Of a stretch of DNA of 64,000 bases, positions 36,706 through 51,035 are shown piece after piece. This DNA comes from Cetorhinus maximus. Its lineage: Eukaryota. The stretch spans positions 55,304,001-55,368,000 of the forward strand of contig NC_135884.1 of the NCBI RefSeq assembly GCF_964194155.1, given 5' to 3'. Every line of letters starts with the position of its first letter. The stretch's first letter is position 1. The notes beneath the pieces were generated by a model. The model was not told the origin of the DNA. It searched no databases and worked only from the letters and a program-made list of their open reading frames with translations. Made by a program: the position numbers and the translations under genes.

Positions 36706-38749
36706 TGTGATAGGGTGCGCTGTTGAGATCCCCCTATACTGCAATCAAGTAGAAATCACTGAGTTGGTGAAAACATGCATTTTTACCCTTTTGATCTTAC
36801 TGTAAAAACCTTTTTTGAATGAAGTGTAACTGGGATTTTTAACAGCATACCAGTTCATATTGTTGAACAGCCTCACTGTCCCTGAAAAATGTCATATTTT
36901 TCCATCATGATAAAAATATCACATGTTTAATATAATGTTTTCTTGAAGTTTGATTATGATATTTTAGGTTCTACCTTAATCCCATGGGTATGTCCCAATC
37001 ATTTGTTTTGCTCTCTGTAAAATTTTAATAAAAAGTGAAAAATTCAGTGCGCTGTGCAACCTGGCTTGTTGTCTGTGATAATACTTCAATTGATTGACTG
37101 CTTACCTTATTTAATTGCATCTTTATTGCTGGGCATATAGTGATCTCTTTGGCCACACCAGATTCAAACTGATGAAGGGAAAGGGGAAATCCAGGCCACT
37201 GAGATTGCAAATCTTTATTGGCAGCTTCTTTTGAGTTTAGTGGCAAGTGTTAAGTCGCTGACCACAAAATCCGAGCCATTAAATTCTGATTATCATGCAG
37301 TTCCACAGCAGCTCAAATTGGGGTGAGTAGCAATTCAAATCTTAATATTCAAAGTGACCAAATAATACACTGGGTACAAAGACTCATATAAATAAAGTAA
37401 CAACCTTGCATTATTCATGGTCATTACACAGTAAATGTTGCCTAACAATTTGTATGATATAGTGCTTTTCAAATCACTGAAGTGTTGCTGAAGCAGATAT
37501 TGAACTACATAGCTGGTATTTTCAGCTCTATTATGGCCCATTAATTAGTGTATAATGGGGTGCAAATGTGGGAAGAGGTAATGATTGCTGCTCATAATGC
37601 TCAGGATGCATGTTTTGGACGAGAATGATCACTAATGAAGGTAGTTCTTGATGGAATGTGGCGAAAATTTTATTTCAGCATTATAATGAAGGCATATCAA
37701 TGTTCTCTTTTCTTCCTAGCATTTATTGCAGATATGCACCCAGGCTTCAAATGTCTATGTAAGACAGGAATCCAGAATTACTGGAAGCCACTGGATGCAA
37801 CAATGATGATTTAAGAAGAAAGAGAGGCACAGATGGCTGTTTTGAAAGACTGGACTCAGAATTTGCTGGGAGATAACAGCAAGTTTAAATGTGCACAGTG
37901 ATACTTATATGGTAATTGGCCAGCAATCTGTAGTGAGGAAGGACAAACCCATGAGTTGTGAATCACCACAATTAGCCATTAGCCTTATGAAAGTGAGAGC
38001 TTGCCCTTAACCTCCTCATGAGTCTCAAGAAATTATTGCATTTTACACATCAATTAAACTGACTGCTAAACATCAGAACTAGCATTTAAAGATCATTGCA
38101 AAGATCATTTCAGGATGAAATTTTTATTCTTGCAATGTTGCTTAACAAATTCGCCCCAGCAAGGGAACAAGTTAAATTCTAGTATCTCATTCCTGGGTAG
38201 TAAATTGTTTTTAAGAGAGTTTCAAGTCTAAAATGTATTTTTTTCTTACTTTTCCTTTCTGGCTTTTTTTCTCCTCTCTCTTAATCCAATTTTTCTTTCC
38301 CTCACTTTATTCCTCTTTCTGTACCTAATTTCACTCTAATTTGCCCTAGTTTCTTCTCCATTTTCCTCCATTTCTTTCTCAATCCTTAAACTTTCAAGGA
38401 AGGGAGCCGAGTAGAGTCACCTGCTATAATTTGACCTAATCCCTGCATGAAATCCGGTTTGAGTGCTAGGTGCTCCATCACTTGCTCAATCAAGCTAAAC
38501 ATTAATAGCACATTTTATCACTTACTCATTCCCTCCCAAGCGCTAGCCCAGATATATCCACACTGCGTATTTTAGACTGTGAGCTGGAGAGGAGTGTACA
38601 GGGTATAATAAAGCACGAGTGATTCAGAGCAGGTTGTGGTAACAGAGAAGAAGGAATCTTTCATCTGTAGATCTAGCTCGTGCCTTTGCCTTGTTTGAAG
38701 AGCTCGAGGACTTGGGCCTCATGGGATCTTCTTTTCCAAATATATATAT

Positions 38750-38955
38750 GAATTAGGAGCAGGAGCAGGCCATTTAGCACCTCAAGCCTGTTCTGCCATT
38801 TGATAAGATCATGGTTGATTTGATTGTGGTCTCAACTCTGCTTTCCTGTCTACCCCCAATAACATTTGACTCCCTTGTTAATCAAGAACCTAGTTAACTC
38901 TGCTTTAAGCCTATTCAACGATCCTGCCTCCACTGCTCTCTGAGGAAGAGAATTT
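38750..38955 (-). mobile_element. CR1 3' end
   Basis: Matches the tail of the CR1 at 48772 (aggagcaggagcaggccatt...taagatcatgg). Confidence 0.8.
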
Positions 38956-39769
38956 GTGATTTTTATCTGTGAAACTCTATGCAAACTCTGCTGTTTTGAA
39001 TCTGTTTAAGTAAACTTACTTCTTTAAGCCAAATTCACACCTGAGTGATTTTTCAATATCTCGTAATTCTCAGGTAAGAACTTAATGGAGGTCTCAGGAG
39101 TGACGTCTTACAGTGGATAACAATGAAGAACAAAACCCCATCAGATCTTTTCCCCCTACCTGGCCCAGGAAGCCGAGGCCAGTTGTGGCACACTAATTCA
39201 GTGCATACTGGGGAATAGGCCTAGAACTTTCTTGGCTTGTATTGCACAGTTCCATGCTGGGCTGCAATTGTTTTTATTTGTAAAGAAAAACTTTGGATAA
39301 AGCTTGAAAGCAATATTGATTGCTTGCATCTTCAAAACCTAAAACTGAAAAAAAGAACTCCCAGGTAGACAGCTTCACATGGTGAAACTGCCAAATCTCA
39401 TAGACAATGATACATAATAGTTAGCAGTGATGCAACATAAGGAAAAGCAGAAGTTTTATTCTTAAATACCTATCATCTTCAATAAAGATTTCCCAATCTC
39501 AATGGAGAGGCTTGTGCAATGTTAATGTACTTTAGAAATGTGGGCGCATTGACCACATGATCTTCAGACCATTAATTTAAGTATTTGGAAAACCACATGC
39601 AGCGTGTGCCAAAATTTCTGATATGCCCCAGCAACAGGCAATGCTTTCTGCTAGTGGTGCAAATGCAATATTTACCTGTAGAACCAATGCATTTTATACA
39701 GTTACTACTCATGTCTCTGCTGGTTTACTGCAAGTAAATGTTCCCTTTCCAGAACCCTGCTTTTGCTCT

Positions 39770-40250
39770 ACTTTCAGTATTTATCTACTTTTCCCTTAAC
39801 AGATGCAATATTATTTACCTCAACCACCTCTTGCAAAGTATTCCACCAACTCTATGAAAAGAAATTTCTCCTGATGATAATTTTAAATTAATGACTACGT
39901 GTCGCTGACTACCTAACCAGAGGAAAATGTTTTCTCTATTCATCCTTTCAAAATCCAACACGATCTTACAAACCTTTATTAAATCTCTTATTCTACACTG
40001 CTGCACTATAAACAGTGCCAGTATCTTAGGTCTCTCCTAACATCTACATTTTCCTATCCCTGTTATCATCTTGGTGAATCCATACTCTCTGGGTTTAATG
40101 CCCGTCGTATAATGGGACACGTAATAATGCACACGGCACTGTGCCTGTGATGTAACAAGTGACTTCTACAAATTTATGCTTACTACTTTGCTCTGATGTT
40201 TTATGTCCCTGTTTATAAATCCCAAAAATCCCAAAAATGCTATCCTTTAC
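39770..40250 (-). mobile_element. Old CR1 fragment
   Basis: RIRDLIKVCKIVLDFERMNRENIFL resembles the CR1 RT C-terminus. Confidence 0.6.
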
Positions 40251-41437
40251 TCCAAAATTAAGAGTGTGGACATGATACACCTGCTGCTGCCTCTTAAGGA
40301 GACAAAGTGGCATTAAAAGGGTCAACAGCTGACTTTGAACAGCTAGTAGGTTGTCTCATTTGCTGGCAGCAGACATTAGATTAACTAAAATCTTGCAAAT
40401 CATACCCAAATTTCCAACAAATGCACCTAGTGGGTGTGGCTCCCTAATGGGAAGTGCAAATTCAGTAAATGGCCTCTAAATGCTTAAGTTTGATTTGCTT
40501 TCTGTCAACACTCCAAATACATTTTGCCAACTCACAAAGTAGCTAAAATTAGATGTTGTTCTTCCTTCATGATTACTGGGACCAAACAGGCATACATAGC
40601 ATTCTGGAATTTACAGATGCAAACAATAGCATTTCTAGCCACAGCATGCAGTCAGATTGCATGCTAGTTTTGCACATCAATACGTTGGAGTTGGTGGTAG
40701 TTCAAGATCTAGGCAAAATTCTAATAACAAGAAGTAACATAATTTCATTTTCAACACTTTAATACCATGCTTGTCACACTGCATGAGATTAGCAGCAACA
40801 TGGAGCAACTTCAACAAATTCCTCATTTCTACTGCGTTGTGAAATTATAGTTGCAACACTGAATGCTTGTCTGACATCTTACAATATTCCACAAAACAAT
40901 GTCTGAAAATTGATAGATGCAGTTAAACAACTTAAGGGAGAGAAATTTATATGTGTTACGCCATATTTTGGGGTGCATACCAATGTGGGATGGCCTGTGC
41001 CTAATTTGCATAGGCAGTAGTCCCACTGCTAAATGTGTGGGGATCATATTTTAGGCATCCTAGGCAGGTGGGCATTAAGTCCCTTAAATATGTTAAAAAG
41101 AGGCCTAACACCTGTTTTAGGGCCCTTTCATAAAATTTCTTGTCAACTCTTCACATGCCTGATGGTCACTATCAAACGGTAAGTGTCAGGAGTGTGTAAA
41201 GCAAAAGAAAAATTGGTGGAATCAGCTATTGTGGAGCAAAAGTGCTCAGCTACATCAATAATATGACAGGGATTTTGAGGCAGCAAAGTGACAAATTTCG
41301 GCAGGAAAGCTGATCAAAATCAGCAGCATTCCAAAATTCAAATTTATTTTTTAAATCAGAACAAAACAATTCACTAATATCCTCATTTTTGTACCTCAAA
41401 TTATTTTCCAGCAAGACGCCACCCTAACATACACAAT

Positions 41438-41561
41438 GGGGGAAATTTTCCAGTCCCAGCTTCCACGGGAATTTTGCGAGCGGGATGGAAAAATTTGGCG
41501 GAGCAACAAAAGGTCCATTGACTTCTGTCATGAATTTCCGTGGGACTGGAAAATTCCAAAC
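41438..41561. mobile_element. 124-bp MITE, Harbinger-like
   Basis: Inverted repeat aattttccagtccca / tgggactggaaaatt; 3-bp TSD aat/aat. Confidence 0.75.
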
Positions 41562-41619
41562 AATGTTTTTGACTGAATACAATCAGATATTATCCCATTT
41601 TTTCTTGAAAGTTAGAGGA

Positions 41620-42015
41620 AGAGAGAATTTGCATAGCATTTTTCATGACCTCAGGGCATCTCAAAATGTTCACAGCCAGTGATGTAATTTATAAATGTAG
41701 TCACTGATGTAATGCAGGAAACATGGCATCCAATTTGCATACAGCAAGCTCCCAGAAACAACAATGGCATAAATGGCCAGATAAACTGTTTTAACAATGT
41801 TGGTTAAGGGATAAATATTGGTGAGCGCACCAGGAATAAATTATGCCATGGGACCTATTATATCCACCTGAGAGGGCAAATGAGGTCCTGATTCAATATC
41901 TCATCCAAAAGATGGCACCATCAACAGTGCAGCATTGAGTCAATGTTAGATTCTGTCAGCCTAGATTTTGTGTTCAAGCCTCAGGAGTGGGAATTGAAGC
42001 AACAACTCCCAACTC
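41620..42015 (-). mobile_element. Deu-domain SINE (AmnSINE1/SacSINE1-like)
   Basis: Reverse complement contains aatctaggctgaca...gctgcactgttgatggtgccatcttttggatgaga...ctctcaggtggat...cccatggca, recalled as the Deu domain. Confidence 0.75.
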
Positions 42016-42024
42016 AGAGATATT

Positions 42025-43260
42025 TCTGAATAAGTGCTGCTTGATAGCACCATTGATGACACTTTCCATCATTTTGCTGTTGATGGAGAGAAGATTGATG
42101 GCGCGGTAATTTGGCTGGTTAGATTTGTCCAGCTTTTTGTGGACTGGACATACCTGGACAATTTTCCAAATTGCTGGGTAGATGCCAGTGTTATAGCTGC
42201 ACTGGAACAGCTTGGTTAGGGGCGTGTCTAGTTCTGGAGCACAAGTCTTCAGTACTATTGCCGGGATGTTATCAGGGCCCATAGCCTTTGCAGTGACTTC
42301 AGTCATTTCTTGATAACATGTGGAGTGAATCGAATTGGTTAAAGACTGGCATCTCTGATGCTGGGGAGTTCAGGAGGAGGCCAAGATGGATCATTCTGGC
42401 AGAAGATAGTTGTAAATGCTTCAGCCTTGTCTTTTGCACTGACGTGCTGCACTCTCCCATCATTGAAGATAGTGATATTGGTGGAGACACCTCCTCCAGT
42501 GAGTTATTTAATTGTCCACCACCATTCATGACGGGATGTGCCAGGGCTGCAAAACTTTAATCTGATCCGTTGGTTGGGGGACAACTTTGCTCTGTATATT
42601 GCATGCTGCTTCCACTGTTTCACATGTATGTAGCCCTATGTTGTAGCTCCACCAGGTTGGCGCTTCACTTTTAGTATCACTGTTTCTGTTCCTGGCATGC
42701 TCTCCTGCACTCTTCACTGAACTGGTGTTCTTCCCTGGTCTGACAGTAATAGTAGAGTGAGGGACCTGCCGAGTTATGAGGTTTTAGATTGTGGTTGAAT
42801 ACAATTCTGCTGCTGTTGATGGCCCATAGTGCCTCTCTGATGCCCAGTTTGAGCTGCTAGATATGTTCTCAATCTATCTCATTTAGCACAGTGGTAGCGC
42901 CACACAACATGATGGATGGTAGCCATAATGTGAAGATGGGAGTTAATCTCCACAAGGACTGTGCGGTGATCACTCATACCAATACTCCCATGCATTTGAG
43001 ACAGGTAGATTAGTGAGGGCGAAGTCATGTCAGTTTTTCCCTCTTGTTGGTTATTTGACCACCTAGTCTAGCAGATAGGTCCTTCAGGACTCGGCCAGTT
43101 CGGTCAGTAGTAGTTCTACTGAGCCGCTCTTGATGATGGCCATTGAAGACCCAAACCAAAGTAAATTTTGTGTCCTTGTTACCCTCAGTGCTTCTTCGAA
43201 GTTCAACATGGAGGAGTAATGATTCATCACCTGAGGGAAGGCAGTAGGTGGTAATCAACA
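42025..43260 (-). mobile_element. LINE ORF2 fragment (CR1/L2 clade): endonuclease remnant and RT N-terminus
   Basis: KAMGPDNIPAIVLKTCAPEL...WKIVQVCPVHKK..KSNQPNYRAINLLS; upstream LITTYCLPS...FNGHHQE. Confidence 0.85.
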
Positions 43261-44694
43261 CTTGATGTGTGCAGCTGATTCTGCATGGTTATTGGAACTA
43301 TTTCTAAAGTACAGAGCAGGGAACACAGAGGTTATTCGCCTGGCAGATATTTTTGTTACAAGTACTGGCAGAATATTGGTGGTGAAAATGTGTTTCCAAT
43401 TTAGCGGTTTCCAGCAGTAATTAAAAATACAATACATACCCATTTTACCCGGCAGTAATCAGTTTACATTCATCAAGTAGAACGTTTAGACTGCTTTAGC
43501 AAGCTCAGTTCTGAAAGTAGTGCTTTAGAAAGTTCTTCAGGTTACTGCATTATCTCCAGAAATTTTAAAAGAAATCATAAATGAATTTATATGCCATATC
43601 ATGTACTTTGGTAACTTCTAATCTGGTTTGATAAAGATCAATTTCTGTCCTTGAGCTACAGATAACAGCAGGTAGAAAATGCACTCTTATTGTATCTCCA
43701 AAAATCAGAAGGATTTGGAAGCCTGATTCATCACAGTAACCTCTATTATTCTGAAGGCATGATGTTAAATCCATGAAAAATTTTTCTTTGAGACCTGAAG
43801 TTTCACTTGAATCAGAAATGGAACTGTGATGCAATTGCTTTAAAAAACAAAGTTGAAAGATAAATTGATAAACAATATTGAAGGTGAAAAGCAACCTAGC
43901 AGAAACAGAATTCTTCCCAGGGTAGAATGAAACCTTGATCTGAATGGTTAAACAATGACATCAGAAAAAAAGAGCATAAAGAGAAAAAATAAATATTGAG
44001 ATAATTTGGTAATTATGCAAACATAAATCCAAAGGTCGCAACAAAGGCTGGAACAATATATTGAGGAAGATACTATAAAGAAGCTTTAAGGTCCAAGTGG
44101 GACTTCTTAATGATCAAACAGTTAAGACATTAAACAATATGAACACAATTTTGAATCATTGTGCCATAATAGTTTTCATTGTGGAAAATAATTATTTCCC
44201 AAAGGCTCGATCAGAGATCATGAAAAAACATAAGCTAGTGTTTAGATGGGAGCCACAGTAAACCATTCAGCCCCATAAGCTTATTTCACTATTTGAACTG
44301 ATGACGGCTGAACTCAACTCCATTAAATCATTATTAAAAACATTGAGCTTTCAGTACCTGATGAGAAGATTAAGTCTTTTAATTCATATAGTAAGGAATG
44401 GGCGTGCATGAGCTAGCTCCCAGAGCTAGATTTTCCCATTGGAAGGCAACACGCTTTTGCCTCCAGCTGTGAAGTGGGGCTGGGGTCTTTATAACCTGAC
44501 AGAACGGCCAGTTGCCTAATTACTGGCCAGGGGACAGAAATGTAAATGGAACACGATGAAGTGGCCTGATTCAACGGCCATTGCTATTGCTTAAAATAAT
44601 TGAGAGAATCGTCATTTTCAAAGTGGCTCGGGCAAATGGAAAGCTGGGACCCAGGATAGGTTAGGGAAAGGTTGGTGAGTAAGTTTCTATGACT

Positions 44695-46389
44695 TGTTAC
44701 GGTCAGTTGAGAATTGGTAGCTCCCTTCTCTTTCAACCCATTTGTTGACCGCACAGGTGTATTTTTTTAAAGAATCTGCTTGCCGATTCAATAAGTGTTT
44801 AACTGTTTAAGTGTTGTGATTGTAAAAGACACACACAGACAGGTTTTCTTGGAAGTTTCATTGTACTTAACACCCGATCTAAATAAAAATAATGTAAACG
44901 CTCCAACTCACACTCTCAAACATTCAAAAGTATACACGCACTCACAGACACACACTTAAGTTAGTCACAGAGTGGAAAGGAAGATTAAATTGTTTAAGAA
45001 GGCATTTGTATACAGATCCTGTAGATTTATGGCTTGGATGGTTTCAGACTGGGCTTGACGGTCTTTCTGGATTCTATTTTGAGATGATTTAAAGATGTTG
45101 ACGGATGATTTCTGTCTTTTCTTCTGGAGTCAGCAGATGCTGGGTTAATGTTTAGGATGCTTCATGTCTGTGTGGCTGGTCAAAAAACAGGCAGAGCACG
45201 AGCTTGCAGGATGGCTGGAAAGAGAAAGTGCCAACTCAGGGTCTTTCTCCTGACTGTGCCTGGGAGCAATTTCTTAAAACACAAAGAGGGTTAGTCTACT
45301 CACCATATGACCTCCTATCACCAACTGGTCAGTTTCCCAAACATGGTCAGAGCAAGCTGATTCCAAGTCCATTGTTTAAAAACAATTAGATTATGGCCAG
45401 TGGAGTTCCCTTCTCAGCTGGGGTCCATTGTCCAAAGTAATTGAGGCCAAAGGCTTTGTCCACATCCAGCTGAATACACAGGTTATGCCTGGATGTTTTG
45501 TAAATGATTCAGGAGATGGGTCATTCACGCTAATTTAATTTGAATGTCTCTGGTGGGCCACTTCTAGACAGCCCAACTTTTTGCTGAGGGCTTTGTAATT
45601 TGTAGGGTACAGCTATGTGAATATTTGGCCATCTTAGGAACTGCTGTTTAAGTCATTTGAAATGCTGCTGTTCATTCTTTTTAAACTTATAGGGCTGAAT
45701 TTTCCCCCCGTTGAGGGGGGGGGAAGTTGAAGGGCGAGCGCGAAAAGACGCATTTCCGATCGGCACCCCCGATCGGAGGCACGCTGCCATTTTACGTGGG
45801 CAGGCCAATTAAGGCCCGCCCAGCGTGACGTCTGCACAGAAGTGCTATGCGCTCCCTATGCGGGTGGGGGGTAATCCCAAAATCAAGAATGTGCTATTTC
45901 GCGTTTCGTGCAGCCTCAGGGAGATCGGCTGTGAATGTAAAAAAGATAAAAATAGAAAAATAAAATTTCCCTAACATGTCCCCTCATATGACAATGTCAC
46001 ATGAGTTGGGACATGTCCATAATTTTTACAAAAACGTTATTAATTTTTCAAAAACCTACATGGAACCTCATCCCACCTGTGGATGAGGTTTCATGTTTTT
46101 TCTAGTTCCCGCCGGGGCTCCTGGCCTGCCCGCCAACCTTAAGGTTGGAAAGGCAGGTCCTTTAATTGCTTAATTGACCCTGTCAATGGCCTCAATTGGC
46201 CGTTGACAGGTTGGCGGGCGCGCAGCTGATTTTGCTGCACCCCAGCCTTCCTGAAAATTTAAATGGAGCGCAGTGATGTTAGGAGCTCCGCCCGATGTCA
46301 CCGCGCATCATTTTACACGTCGGCATACAGTGGTTTCAGCCCACTCAAGAAACAAAGTCATTTTCGACATAAAACATGGTTTTGTAACA
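44695..46389. mobile_element. Solo LTR (~1.06 kb net) containing a nested MITE
   Basis: Ends tgttac...gtaaca (6-bp inverted, TG..CA); flanks gact/tact (3 of 4 match). Confidence 0.7.
45692..46324 (+). mobile_element. Family A MITE copy 2 (right TIR lost)
   Basis: ata|gggctgaattttcc ... acgtcggc|ata; homologous to the other copies. Confidence 0.9.
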
Positions 46390-46789
46390 TACTGCTCAGT
46401 GGGTTTTTTTTGCAGAAACTTTCACATATTTGCCTAACTTTCAGTGCTGCCACCCCTATACCCACTAGGTTATAGTTGGTCCGCTTCAGAGAGCTCCTAA
46501 TGGCTGCCTGCCTTCATAAAAATCTCAGGGAGTCAGAAGTTGAGCTCTTTACACGTTCCCTAATGAGCTCAATCAGGCCAATTGAAGAGGTAGATCATTT
46601 CACTTTCCCTTCCACCCCGCTGCTCTCCCTGCCCTTGGAAAAATCATAAGAGTTGGGAATGGAGGCAGCAGACCGGTACACAAGCCACAGGCACCTTTTT
46701 TATGCCATTCCACCACCATTTCCTTCCAATTCAGGACAGGAAAATCCACCTGTCAGTGTTTATGCTGATTAACCCACTTTGCAGGAGGT

Positions 46790-47030
46790 TTTGTAGTGCA
46801 GTGGGTAGCGTCCCTGCCTCTGTGCCAGAAGCTCTGGTTTCAAGTCCCACTCCAGGACTTGATGGCCAAGGAAGGTGTGTTCATAACGTGGCCAAACTTG
46901 CTGGGTAGGAGCTATAAATCCTTCAAACATATGCCAGTGACAGATGGTAAAAGTCGGAGAGATTCCTGGTCAGCCATGTAATGGAAAGAAAATTGGATCC
47001 TCTACTATCAATATTCACAGCTCCAGAGTA
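46790..47030 (+). mobile_element. tRNA-derived SINE
   Basis: A-box-like tagtgcagtggg and B-box-like gtttcaagtccc head followed by a non-tRNA body. Confidence 0.6.
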
Positions 47031-47439
47031 CAACAAGGATCTAAAAGTTTATGTTGTCACAGCAGCTTGGACTCCTTGGGGGGTTGGGGGTGGGGCAGTT
47101 AGCTCAGTTGGCTGGATGGATCAGATTTGGTTTGTTCCCTGTTCTGGCTTGGGTGGATTCGGGATCTGCCTCTTTGCCCTACCTATGGTGGAGATCATGG
47201 CACTGTGGGTCTGATCTGCCTTCGGGCAGAGACTCAAGAAGATGAAGAAGAATCCACTTTGCATACACTGGCAATTGATCCAGATAAAATTGCATCAGTG
47301 AGTCTGTTGCAAATTACAGGCAACTGGCTCCCAGGTGCTTTGTTCTAAGAATCTAAATGAAAATATGGCCATAAAAGCACCCTACAAAGTATTCAAAAAA
47401 TTAAAGAAGAAGTGATGGAACGGATGCCAATTTACCAAT

Positions 47440-47850
47440 TTTCTAGCATCAACTTATGCTCAAACAGTACAGGGTAGTGTTAAAAGATTGGAGAGCAATC
47501 TTTAAAGAAGAACCAGAAACACATCTGTAGGGATTCTAGATTTATCTGTTTAATATATACAATTGGAAAATATTCTAAAAGAATTTTATTTGTAATGTTT
47601 TTGAAGGGAAAAGACCCACTTGAACTTATGAAAAGCATGTCATGCTTAACCAATTTAATGGAATTGTTGGAGAAGATAATAAAGTTTGCAGATGATGCTG
47701 ATATAGTTGAAATTATTTATCTCTCCTTGTGGAGGGTTTTGATGAATCTTTCCACAAAATTCCTATGACTTACATGAGAGCACTTGGGACAGTTTTGAAT
47801 TTAACAATGAATTGACCCAACAATAGAAAATAAAAGTAACAATAGAAGAC
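47440..47850 (+). mobile_element. Highly decayed CR1 RT fragment
   Basis: Residual ...aaaagcatgtcatgcttaaccaatttaatggaatt... (SCLTNLME). Confidence 0.55.
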
Positions 47851-48771
47851 AGTTCTGAGCAACCAGCTGTCACCACTGAAGTATGTCAAGAAGCACAAAA
47901 CTTATGAATGATCTTTGAACAGTCCTTAAAGCAAAACTTTCACTGCCTTCTATCGCAGTTGTCAACCGACATCTTCACTCCAAGTCTAAGGGGCTGGAGT
48001 GTCTGCTTATTTCGTGCAGAACCAGGTTGGCTATCAATTGCCAGATCTGAGTGGATGGCATTAAATTCTACCGTATCTAAATTATCTGCCATTAAGATCC
48101 CCTTCGAGACCAACAACAATAAAGAAAGGGATCCTTAAACAACCCTGACAAAAGGAATCAAAGGACACAATTTCACTTTAAAAAACTTTTACTGTAACAG
48201 TCAAACCCAAAATCAAAATTAAAAATGCATTAACAGACAAATGTATTTCAATGGAAGCAACGAACTTCATGTTAAATAGTCGATCCAACAAAGATACGTT
48301 TCACAGAAGTAGGAGCATTCCCCTTCAACAGGTATGGCATTGTGTAGTTACACAGTTCCATAATATGCTATTCTTTATTCACACAGGATAGGTCAGGGGT
48401 CCTATCTGACAACAATGTTCACATCCCTCCTCACCACCACCCCCCCCCACCCCGCCACCCCCACACCCCGAGTTTCATGAATACAATTATCATCAGCAGC
48501 GCACACTTCTATGAACCCTCTCTGCCTCGGGTTACGACATTTCTGATGGTGTAGCTTTCCAGAGATCCTTTTCAACTGATTAACCAACAGCAGCCCAGTT
48601 CATGGTTTGGCCACTTCTAGTAAAAACACCCAGTTCTTTAGCATCTCCATGCATTCACACAGCTTTCTAGGCTTTAGATCTTTTTAGCTTCTAACTGCTC
48701 CTGCCTCCTTTCCTACCAAACAGAAAAAAACAGACCTCCTCATGAGAGAAGTTTGCTTCTTCTCACAAGAG

Positions 48772-51035
48772 CATAAGAACATAAGAAATAGGAACGGGGT
48801 AGACCATTCGGCCCCTCAATCCTGCTCCGCCATTCAATAAGATCATGGCTGATCTTCTTGTGTTTCAATTTCCACATTCCTATCTAACCCTGATAACCTT
48901 TGGTTCCCTTGCCTAACAAGAATCTATCTACCTCTGCCTTGAAAATATTCAATGACCCCACCTCCATCGCCTTCTGAGGCAGGGAGTTCCAAAATCGCAC
49001 AACCCTCTGAGAGAAAAAAGATTCTCCTCATCTCTGTCCTAAAAGGGCGACCCCTGATTTTAAAATTAGTTCTGGACTCACCCACAAAAGGAAACATCCT
49101 TTCGACATCCATCTTGTCAAGTCCGTTCAGGGTCTTGTATACTTCAATCAAATCACCTCTCACTCTTCTAAACTCCAGTAGAAACAAGTCCAATCTGTCC
49201 AACCTTTTCTCAAATAACAACCCACTCATTCCAGGTATCAATCTAGTAAACCTCCTTTAAACCGCCTCCAATGCATTTACCTCCATCCTTAAATAAGGAG
49301 ACCAAAGCTGCACACAGTGGGCTGAATTTTCCCCCCATCGGAGGGGGGGAAGTTGATGGGTAGGCGCGCACAGGTGCGCTTCTAATCGGCGCCCCCAATT
49401 GGAGGTGTGGCGCCATTTTACGTGGGCGGGCCAATTAAGGCCTGCCCAGCGTGACGTCCACACGGAAGCGCTATGTGCTCCCTGTGCAGGTGGGGGGGGG
49501 GGGAGGGGGGAGGGTGGAATCCCAAAATTGAGAGTGCACTCTTTCACGTATGCACACAAAAGAGCGCACTCATCTCTAAGGCTAAGTGCAGCCTCAGGGA
49601 GATCGGCTCAAAATGTAAAAAACCTAAAAATAGAAATGTAAAATTTCCTTAACATGTCCCCTCATGTGGCAATGTCACATGAGTTGGGACATGTCCATAA
49701 TTTTCCCAAAAACTTTATTAAACTTTCTTAAAAGCTACCTGTGGATGAGGTTTCATGCTTTTTCTAGTTCGCGCCGGGGCTCCTGGCCTGCCCGCCAACT
49801 TAAGGTTGGACAGGCAGGTCCTTTAATTACATAACTGACTCTGTCAGTGGCCTCAATTGGCCACTGACAGGTTGGCGGGCGCACAGCTGATTTCATTGCG
49901 CCCCCTGCCTTCCTGAAAATTTAATTGGGGCGCGGTGACATTGGGAGTTCCCCCCGACATCACCACGCGTCATTCTACGCCTCGGCAAGCGGGCCCCGCC
50001 CCCACTCACCGATGTGTAAAATCCTGCCCAACATTTGAGGTGCGGTCTCACCAATGCCCTGTATAACTGAACCATAACATTCTTACTTTTATGTTCAATC
50101 CCTCTCAAAATAAAGGATAGCATTCCATTAGCCTTCTTAATTACTTGCTGTACCTGCATATTAACTTCTTGTGACCCATGTATTAGAACACCTAGATCCC
50201 TTTGCACCTCAGAATTATGCAGCCCTTCTCCATTTAAGTAATACTCTGCTTTTTTGTTTTTCCTGCCAAAGTGAACAACTTCACATTTTCCCACATTAAA
50301 CTCCATTTGCCAGATCTTTGCCTAATCACTCAATCTATCTATATCCATCTGCAACCTCCTTATGTCCTCTTCACAACATACTTTCCTACCTATCTTTGTG
50401 TTATCTGCAAATTTGGCTACCATGTCTTCACTCCCCTCATCTAAGTTATTGATGTAAATCGTAAAAAGTTGAGGCCCCAATACAGCCTCTGTGGGACTCC
50501 ACTCGTCACATTCTGCCAATCAGAAAAATACCCATTTATGCATACTCTCTGCTTTCTGCCAGCCAGCCAATCTTCTATCCATGCTAATATGTTGCCCACT
50601 AGACCATGCACTTTTATTTTACGTAATAATCTTTGATGTGGCACCTTATCAAATGCCTACTGGAAATCCAAGTACAGTATGTCTACAGGCTCCCTTTTGT
50701 CCACTGCGTATACTACTCCTTCAAAAAACTCTAATACATCGGTTAAACATGATTTTCCTTTCAAAAAACCATGTTGACTCTTCCCTGTTGCCTTGAGCTC
50801 TTCTAGGTGCCCAGCTATTACTTCCTTAATGATTGATTCTAATAGCCTCCCCATGACAGATGTCAAGCTAACTAGCCTATAGTTTCCTGTTTTCTGCCTC
50901 CATCCCTTCTTGAATAGACAGGTTATATTTGCTACTTTCCAGTCCAAAGGAACCTTTCCAGAATCTAGCGAATTTTGGAAAATTAACACCAGCGCACCAA
51001 CTATCTCATTAGCCACCTCTTTTAAGACCCTAGGC
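48772..51035 (-). mobile_element. CR1 LINE (RT to 3' tail), interrupted by MITE copy 3
   Basis: PRVLKEVANEI, NYRLVSLTS, SQHGFLKGKSCLT, KFADNTK, LYRALVRPHL, RRVRGDLIEVYK; short tandem tail cataagaacataagaa at 48772. Confidence 0.95.
49319..50029 (+). mobile_element. Family A MITE copy 3
   Basis: gggctgaattttcc ... aaaatcctgccc; splits the CR1 RPHL|CVQLWSP motif; decayed 3-bp TSD. Confidence 0.9.

Noticed and set aside
46790-46860. tRNA gene
   Set aside because: Only A/B-box-like remnants, no cloverleaf; it continues into a SINE body.
48100-48770. Possible third LTR fragment
   Set aside because: No TG..CA ends or TSD could be identified.
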